NCBI GenBank assembly: GCA_023213395.1
Contig: CM041465.1
Location: forward strand, 233,375,741-233,439,740
Length of the DNA stretch: 64,000 nucleotides
Direction of reading: 5' to 3'
Source: Cycas panzhihuaensis
Taxonomy: Eukaryota; Plantae; Cycadophyta
Part shown: piece by piece, positions 55,582 through 64,000 of the stretch
How positions within the stretch are numbered: the stretch's first letter is position 1
How the letters are laid out: each line of letters opens with the position of its first letter
The notes under the pieces: generated by a model
Databases searched by the model: none
The model's input: the letters and a program-made list of their open reading frames with translations, nothing else
Told to the model about the DNA's origin: nothing
Translations under genes and position numbers: made by a program

Positions 55582-58500
55582 ATGAAGATTATTTTATGGA
55601 ATATAAAGGGCTTAAATGCTCCCTCAAAATAGAGAATAGTTAAGGACCTGTTCCTGAAATTGAATTTAGATATAATCATGCTCTAAGAAACCAAGTTAAA
55701 GATGAACAATAGGATAGCAGCTAAAAATAAGATCTAGAGAATAATGAAGATGGAAGCGAAGGATGCCCATTAGGGATCAAGGAGGTTGGCTATCCTATAG
55801 AACCTAAAGGAATAATAGGGAGAAGTTTGTGCACTAGATGATCACTTCATATCCATATGGTTCACATGCAAAGGGATAAACTATTAGTGGTTGGCAACCA
55901 ATATTTATACTCCTACCACAGTGGAGGGTAGAAAATCTCTATTGGATAAGATACTGGAGCACCATAAGAACTAATAGGGACTGTGGTTAGTGGCTAGTAC
56001 TTTTAACACTGCCCTATCCCCTAGAGAGGAAAAAAGGGGACTTAAGGGGTGGACAAAGAGCATGACAGACCTAGGAGATTTTCTTTAGAAAGGGGGCTTG
56101 ATGAATGTATACTTGAGAGGGGGGGGAATACACATGGTCAAATAGAAGGTTGGGGGATCACTACATTCAAGTAAGGCTAGATATAGTCATGATAAATTAT
56201 GCATCAGCCAACTAGCATAATCACTTTAAGCTAGATGCTCTCCTAAAGGTGACATCAGACCACTCCCCACTAATGTTTGACTTTTACTTCACCAAGAAAC
56301 ATAGGGGACCTCCTTTCTAGTTTGAGTTGATATGGACTAAGCACCCTAATCTTAGGAACTTGATTGTTGAATGGTGGAAGATCCTAACTAAAGGGTGTGC
56401 AATGTTTAGATTCTCAAAAACATTGGGATGGGTGAAGAGAAAGATAAAAGAATGGAACAAAGGGGCTCATGGAAATATCTTTGAAACCAAGGAGCAAATA
56501 GTAGAGGAATTGAAAGTAATAGAGGCTAAAATTCAAGAGGAAGGAAGATCTTAGATATTGTACCAAATGGAGAGAAATCTTCTCATAAATTTTGAGAATA
56601 CACTGGTTAAGGAAAAACTCTTTTAGAAGTAGAAATTAAGGGCCCTCTAGTTATCAGAGGGGAATAGAAATACCAAATTCTTTCATATGATGACCTTAAA
56701 GCATAAGGATTATAATCAGATTAGTAAGTTATGTAACAATAAAGGGGAAGAAATTAGTGAGGGGGAAGAGATCAAAAAAGTAGTGATATAGTACTTTTAG
56801 GATTTGTTAGAGGAGCTAGGCTATCAACATCTAATGTTTAGGAAGGAGTTTATGGAGTTGATTCCTAAGCCAGTGGGCAACAAGCAGAATGGGGACTTAA
56901 TGGCCCCTTTCTCCTTAGAGGAGGTGAAAGGTATTATCTTCAGCATGAAAAAGGGCAAAGTGCTAGGGTCGAATGGTTTCCCACCAAACTTATTCCAAAT
57001 TTACTAAGATATCATAAAGGAGGATCTTATGAAGGCTCTAGAAGAATTCCATAAGAATGGGAAAATGTTGGGGGAGTCGCAAGTTACTTTCTTAGTTTTA
57101 ATCTTGCAAAAGGAAGGCATAAAGATGATGGAGAAATATAGACCAATAAGCCTATATAATGTGATACATAAGATACTGGCAAAAGTAATGGCTAATAGAT
57201 TAAAAAAGATACTACCCTTTATAATATCTCCTAATCAAGATGGGTTTGTGAAAGGGAGGCAGATCTTGGATGGTATTATAGTAATCCATATGATGATATA
57301 TTCAACTCATCAGAGGAAGGATCTAGGGATGGTTGTGAAGATTGATTTATCCAAAGCTTATGATAGGGTATCATAGAGCTACTTAATGGAGTGTCTCCAA
57401 GCATTTGGATTCAAAAACAGGTGGAGGTAATGGGTAGTTAGTTGTATATCCAAGCCCCAATACTCAGTTATAATCAATAGCACATTGATAGGTTTCTTAC
57501 CTAGGCATAGGGGACTTTGACAAGGAGATCCCTTCTCTCCCTACTTATTCATCATTCTAACTAAATTATTAGGGAGAATGATGGAGGAGGCAAGGAGATA
57601 GGGGGTGGTTAAGGGGATTGAGCCTACCTTTAGGGTTTCAAATATAGTCCATCACCAATTTATAGATGATAATATTCTATTAGGGAATTCATTTCTTAAT
57701 GAGGCTTGGGCAATCAAAGGAGGTCTTAAGTATTTTGAGAAAGCTATGAATCAAAGGGTCAATTTAAATAAGAGTAGTGTTTTTTTTGGGAACACCAAGG
57801 ATAGGGGACAAAGGAAGATTAGTAGGATCCTAGATATACCTATTAGGAAACTAACCATTATCTATTTAGGGATGTCTCTATTTATAGGGAAGATGATGAA
57901 GGAGCTTTAAACCCCTATTATAGGTAGAATCAAGAGAAAGTTGGTAGGTTAGAAGGGAGCCTTACTAAGCTAAGCCAGTAAGATCCAACTATTATCAGCC
58001 TTATTCCAGAGTATTCTAGTTTATATGATGTTGATCTTTAGGATCCCATCTAATGTAATTTCAACACTGGAAACTATATAGAAGAGATTCCTATGGTTAG
58101 GAGTTAAGGAAAAGGAAAGGATCCATTTGGTAGCATGGGAGAAAGTTTACCTACCTAAATGGGCATATGGGTTGAACATAAGGAGGATAACAACTTTTAA
58201 TAGAGCTTTGGTGGTGAAATTAGGGTGGCATTTAGCCAAGGAAGAAGGAGTGCTCTAGGAAAGGATTTTTTCTTAGAAATATCTTCATGGACAACAATTC
58301 TTGAAGGATGACCTTATGGTGTCTTTAGGCTCTTTAATATGGAGAAGTATTCTATAGTCTAGATAGATGTATGCTTTGAGAATGTAGTGGAAATTGGGGG
58401 ACAAAGCCATCATAAATTTTTAGAAAGATGTGTGGTGTGAGCATACACAATTGAAAAGGAGCCCAAAGCTAGGCCTTTTGTAAGAGGCTTGCAAAAGAGT

Positions 58501-59799
58501 TTATGGCATCAAGGCCAAAGATTATTAGGTGGGTCAAGGTTAGACCAGGAGATGGAGAATGTTTAAGGAATTAGAGAGGTACCTAGATAAGGGAATCAAG
58601 CAAAAGACTTAGAAAAGACTTATTACAGTGTCATATTCCCAAAATAGAAGAGATGGACTTAATAATTTACCCCCTTTCTCCCTCTGAGGATTATATAGTA
58701 AAGCATGGGTACCTCTTTTTATCTCTAGAAGGTGGGACTCTTCACACCTCTTTATTGGATAAAGTGTGGAAGCTAGGCTTGATTCCTAAAGTGGTAGTAT
58801 TTTGGTGGTTATGTTTGAAGAACAAAATCTTGACTATGGATAATCTGTAGAGAAGGGGGTTTACATTGACTAACAGGTGTGTGTTATGTCGAGAGGTAGT
58901 GGAGTTAGTGGATCACATCAACCTCCACTGTTCTTATTCAAAGAACATATGAAAGGTTATCTAGGCCTAGTTTAGAGTGGAATGGGTGTTCATGAGAATA
59001 CTTAAGGAGTAAGCCATGGCCTAGAAGAGTCATTTTAGAAGTAGGAACCTAGTATATATCTGGCAAATTACTCTATCAATGATGATGTGGAATTTATGGA
59101 AGGAGAAGAATAGAAGATTATTTCAGGAGAAGTAGATGAATAAAGTTAGGCTCTCTAGGTCCACTTGTATTATGATTTTAGAGATTACCAATATTCATAT
59201 TAAGAAAGAGAATTATATCCTGAAATCATAAGGGATTATATTGAATAATTAAGGGGTAGGAAGGCCTCAAGTTAGTATAGGTAAGAGGAAAAGACATTGT
59301 CCCTGGGTTTCCCCTCCAAATAACTGAGTGAAAATGAATTTTGATGGGGTGGCTAAAGATAATCTAGGTGAGGCAAGGGAGGTGGCATCTACAAGAACTC
59401 AAAGGGGGGGATTATTTGGGCTTCTGCTGAGTATTATGGTAGTCAAACAAATCATAGGGTAGAGATGGTAGCAATGTGAAGCACGGTGGGGATGGCCTTA
59501 AAGGAAGGCCATAATAGGATTATTATAGAGGGGGATTCTTAAAATGTAATAAATATGATTAAAGGTATAATTGTACCTGACTAGAAATTAGTAGCCATGA
59601 TCAAAGATGCCCAAGTGTCCTAAGGGACAGAGAGGACATAAAGGTACTTCATACTTTTAGAGAAGGGAATGGGATAGCTTATAAATTGGCAAACTATAGG
59701 GTGCTACACAAAAGAGCATGTGTATGGAAAGAGGATTTCTTTTTTAGTCAAGTTAAGGAAGATTTGAAAGTCATTTCCTATAGGGATAAATACAACTAG
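55582..59799 (+). pseudogene. LINE ORF2 remnant: endonuclease - RT - zf-RVT - RNase H
   Basis: MKIILWNIKGLNAP, ML*ETK, SDHSP, YRPISLYNVIHKILAKVMANRLK, KIDLSKAYDRVS, GL*QGDPFSPYLF, HHQFIDDNIL, NRCVLCREVVELVDHINLHC, VKMNFDGVAKDNLG, VLHTFREGNGIAYKLAN. Confidence 0.95.
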
Positions 59800-60754
59800 C
59801 CACTAGGCTTGTCATGGCAAGGGAGGGATAGTTGGTGCACATTAGAAGGTAGGGGATAGGTAGGTCATGGGCTTGTCATGGTAGACCTAAAATCTAATTA
59901 GGCAAACTCTGTAATAGGGTTGGGGCCCTTTTCAAACACTTTCAGTTTTTACCTTATCAAAAAAAAAAAAAACCTATTTTTATTACTTGTTAGAGTTTAA
60001 AATCGTTTAACTTCTTACCTTTCGACAATAGAATTCTAAAATGAAAATTTCTTACTTTTATCACATTGAGTTCTTATCTTATGCTTTATTATATAATCTA
60101 TGAAGCTTGAATCTTAGCTCTAATTCCACTCCATGATGGCTCTCTTAGCTTTAATATCACTTTGTAATAGCCCCTCATCATGAGGATGCTATAAGATAAC
60201 CTTCTAAACTACTTGAGCTAAAATATTTTCACATAGTAAAATATAGGACTAGTGAGTGAAACACTAGTATTATGGGGAATTATGTAAATGTATGATCACT
60301 AAATAACATTAATATACAATCATATAATTTGGTCTATTTTTCAATTATACATCAACTCATAAATAAACAACCATTAACCATTGAAATATCTTCACATGAC
60401 ATCAAAAGAGCGTCAATGTAAATTCATAATAAAGAATTTATTTTTTGTGGGGAATATTATATTTATCATAGTGGATTTGCCACCTAGCTATTAAAAAACT
60501 CCTCTTAAGAATCTACTCCCATGTTGAGGCATGTGAAATGAGTGAAGAAATATTGGGTATTAACTCTAAGCTCTTATCTCATTCTCAAGGCAACATAATT
60601 AGTCAACATGCATAATCTCAATAATCATCCTAATTATAATTATACATCACATGCAAGTGGAAGCATATCACATGCACTATAGGAATAACGCTATTATTTA
60701 ATAATATTCTAATCATCCCATCATAAAAAATCATTATAACTCAAACATAATTCT

Positions 60755-61018
60755 AGGCATCCCACCATAGAAAATCATTATGGCTTAAATTACCATTCTA
60801 GGCATCATACCATAGAGAATGCATCAAGTCTTAACTATAGCAATATACTACATATGGCATCCCACCATGTCAAGAGTATATCCATATATAAGTTAGACCA
60901 TCTTACCCATAGTTCCCTCTACATCTTACTATGGCCCTTTAGTATCTCATTAGAGTTAAGCAATTATACTTATAACATAATGAAAATTTAATGTGTATAT
61001 ATGTATGTGTCTGTATAT

Positions 61019-61054
<36 letters not shown>

Positions 61055-61055
61055 C

Positions 61056-61133
<78 letters not shown>

Positions 61134-61350
61134 AGTATTATGGCTCAAATTATCATTCCAAGCATCATACCATGGAGAACATATTAGGCCTCAACTATAG
61201 CATTACATTATGTATGGCATCTCACCAAGTCAAGAGTATATCTATATATAAGTTATGCCATCTTACCCATAACTTCCCCTACATCGCACTAAAGCCCTTA
61301 ATATCTCACTAAATTTAGGCAATTACACTCATAATATGATAAAAATCTAA
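60755..61350. repeat. ~210-bp direct repeats (~60775-60990, ~61137-61350) flanking a (CA)n/(TA)n/(GA)n tract inside the Tekay-like LTR
   Basis: attatggct(t/c)aaatta(c/t)cattc...gtcaagagtatatc...ccatcttacccata occurs twice; (CA)n at 61020-61105. Confidence 0.8.
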
Positions 61351-63199
61351 GACACTATTACCAAATATTAGCCTCACATATTTTCCATAGTAGAATCCAT
61401 CACAAATTTAGTCACAAGAATGTAGAAATTAAAGATTCAAACCCATGCAATCATGCATAAGAACCACTGTTAACATTTGCATTAAAAAAGGAAATAATTC
61501 AAACCAATGGATTAAGCATTAGTAGGGATTTCACACGTAAATATAGATTCTCAACTAAATTTTGAATGCTAATTTCCAAAAGCATACTAAAATTCATACA
61601 TGCGAAAAGCCAAAAGAATGTATATAAAGGTCAAAGTGAATTACTACCTTTCCTTTTTATAATATAAATCAATTGCCTTATAGATTAGCCACCTTGCACC
61701 TTTAGTTATCTTTAATTAAAGAAAACCAATGGATAATTATAATTTAGTAATAATTTAATCACAATCTAGAAGGGCTAAAACACATATATAAGTGGGATCT
61801 TATTTAACATACCACAAACCACATTGATTATCAAGTAGGCTCACACTAAAGGGGTTTAAGACATAAAGGTCAAGACATTAAATTTTCCCTTAGAATTTCC
61901 CCTTAACTTATGTCATGTACCCCTTATTATTTCCTTTAGAGCACTCTAGTCACTTATTTTTATTAATATTAACCTTAATTTACATCATGTATATGCATTT
62001 AGGTATGTAGCCCCATAATAATACATATATATGCATAGCCCTCATGTTTAATTGTTACATGAAATCATATTATAAAATCTACCATGTACCAAAGTGCATC
62101 CCTCACACCCAATGAGTTATATTATTGGTTCCTATTTTATGACAAAGTGGGTGGTCACATTATAACTTTACATGAAACATAAGAGGCAAATATTTAATGA
62201 AATATATAGAAGGAAATGTGTAATAAATATATACTAAGTGTACTAAGTGAGTGTTATAATACACACACATATGTATGTGTGTGTGCACGTACACATGTGT
62301 GTGTGTGTGTGTGTAAACTTAGTGCCAAATATCTAGTAACTCAACTAAGAAAATATATTATCAATCATTATTATCAACTTTATAACTTACACTAGTGACT
62401 AACCATATGATTAGTGACTACATGACATATAATTACTAGTGAAAATGATTAGACTTGTGCTTACTAATTATAATTATATCCATAACTAATGACAAGGATC
62501 ATATGTCTATTTAATAACCACCACTAGTTTATAATAAAGGTAAGGCCAATGAGTGTGATAAAAAATATAAGTTTCCCTAAACCCACATATTATTAGTGGC
62601 ATGGAATTAAAAAGAGGACAAGTGGTAAACAAAGCAATTCTTATGAAAGTAAAATTAATTACATACATAGTTATTAATAATTAATGTAATAATTACAAAA
62701 ATCATGAAGCTATTATAAAATGGTTTACTTTTATTTTTCTTTTTAAATGGTTACTTAATATCAAGAGATGTTAAAAGGCCCTATAGGGTCTTAGAGAAAA
62801 TTTCTTCTTCTTCTTGATATGAATTTTTAATAGACAAAAAGGCTTAGAGTAATTTCTCATAGTAATTAATACTTATAAACTATCATGTATAATTTCTAGA
62901 CCAATTATCAATGAAAATTTCCAAATTATATTTCTCAATTATTCCTTATTTTCATACCATGTATGATTTACATGTTATTCCGTAGCATGTGTATGTTATG
63001 CATAATCTTAGTTTCAAAGCATTAATCTATTTTAGATTAATTTGGGTAATAAAACCTCTTTGAAATTAAATTTACTATTATAGTAAGTTTAAAGCTCAAG
63101 GAAAAAACTTAGGATGGTAATTGAGTGGTTTGGATATGGTTTAAATATATAGAATAAGGATAACAACTATTAAATCCACCATTATCCAATAGAAGATTT

Positions 63200-64000
63200 T
63201 GAAGAATAATAAGTGAAGGAGTGCATGTGTAGATGTCTAAGGAAGGAGAAATACCCTACTTATGATTCTAATTCCAAGTGGCACACTTAGTAGAGAATAC
63301 ATAAAGGGAAATGGAAGAATTTTATAAAGAAATGGGAGAATAAATATTCCTTGTGCTCTAAGAATTATTGGACTTGTAATTATAACTAATCTTAATACTC
63401 CTCTAATAGTATAATCGTACTATTATAGACTCCATTATTAGGAGTAATGCCCTAATTATTAACACCAATATGTCCAACCCATCTACCAATAGAATCATGG
63501 GAGGTAATCCTAGTATAATCACTACTTTCAAAGTGATGAAGGTAGAGATCTCAATGTATAAACTAAGTATTATTGGACTTGTAATTATAACTAGTCCTAA
63601 TACTCCTCTTATAGTGTAATAATATTATTATAAACCCCATCATTAAGAGTAATGCCTTAATTATTAACACCAACATGTCCACCCCATCTACCAGTAGAAT
63701 CATAGTAGGTATTCTTAGTATAATTCCTACTTTCAAAGTGACAAAGGTAGAGATCCCGATGTATAATGGATGAATAGATATTGAGAATATTAATGATTAT
63801 ATGAGATAACTAGAAGTATATTTTTTGTGTTAATGATGTGCAGAACAATGAAAGATTACATTTATTAGGTTAAGTATTAACATTCTAGGGATTATAATAA
63901 TAGAAAAAAAAAAATCTAGGAGATAAAACTCAAAGAAAAAATTTATACTAAGATGGGATGAATTCAAGGAGGCTATTAACCAAATGTTCTTTATAACTAG
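63200..64000 (+). pseudogene. Start of another gypsy gag remnant with a 205-bp tandem duplication (63366-63770), running off the window
   Basis: TFKVTKVEIPMYNG*IDIENINDYMR*LEVYF resembles the chromovirus gag pattern KV.IP.YDG..D.E.LD.WI.QLEVYF; tattggacttgtaattataact occurs at 63366 and 63571. Confidence 0.65.

Larger units (their letters stand above)
54033..59972 (+). mobile_element. Full-length decayed L1-type LINE with C-terminal RNase H, ~5.9 kb
   Basis: A-tail at 59959-59972 after ccttatc; degenerate TSD aatcttattttattg (54018-54032) versus aacctatttttatta (59971-59985); ORF1 and ORF2 listed separately. Confidence 0.92.
50436..62159 (-). mobile_element. Tekay/Del-like chromovirus gypsy, 5' part: LTR (62159-60163), PBS (60159-60148), gag-PR-RT-RH (~53580-50436); split by the L1 and cut off by element 2
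   Basis: LTR TGTGACCACCC...GGGGCTATTACA; PBS TGATATTAAAGC (decayed tRNA-iMet); gag DKLPTFIGKIKYGNEA; RT KLLDKGF..., DLKTVFKT*HGYYELVMLP, IKVIMEWPTP; RH end DIKGK*NKVV. Confidence 0.82.

Overview
Plant nuclear DNA. The Tat and Tekay-type domain styles hint at a gymnosperm or other non-flowering vascular plant, but this is a low-confidence inference. There is one intact host gene at the left edge: a two-exon DUF599-family membrane protein on the minus strand, in a CpG-rich island. The remaining ~62 kb is nested, decayed retrotransposons: two L1-type LINEs, three Tat-type Ty3/gypsy pieces, chromovirus-type gypsy remnants, several solo LTRs, a young 319-bp TRIM with a perfect TSD, a 4.3-kb tandem duplication and long (TA)n tracts. 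Most striking observations: (i) a PPT-LTR-AG|AT-LTR-PBS junction matching an unprocessed 2-LTR-circle or cDNA-dimer junction; (ii) a Tat element that seems to hold exactly one LTR, split in two and bounded by (TA)n on both sides; (iii) Tat 3' accessory cassettes with a free-standing archaeal-type RNase H and an antisense, apparently spliced plant-mobile-domain gene, in two different orders; (iv) C-to-T decay that is heavy at CpA as well as CpG. All alignments and translations outside the supplied ORF track were done by eye, so TE boundaries are approximate unless exact motifs are quoted.
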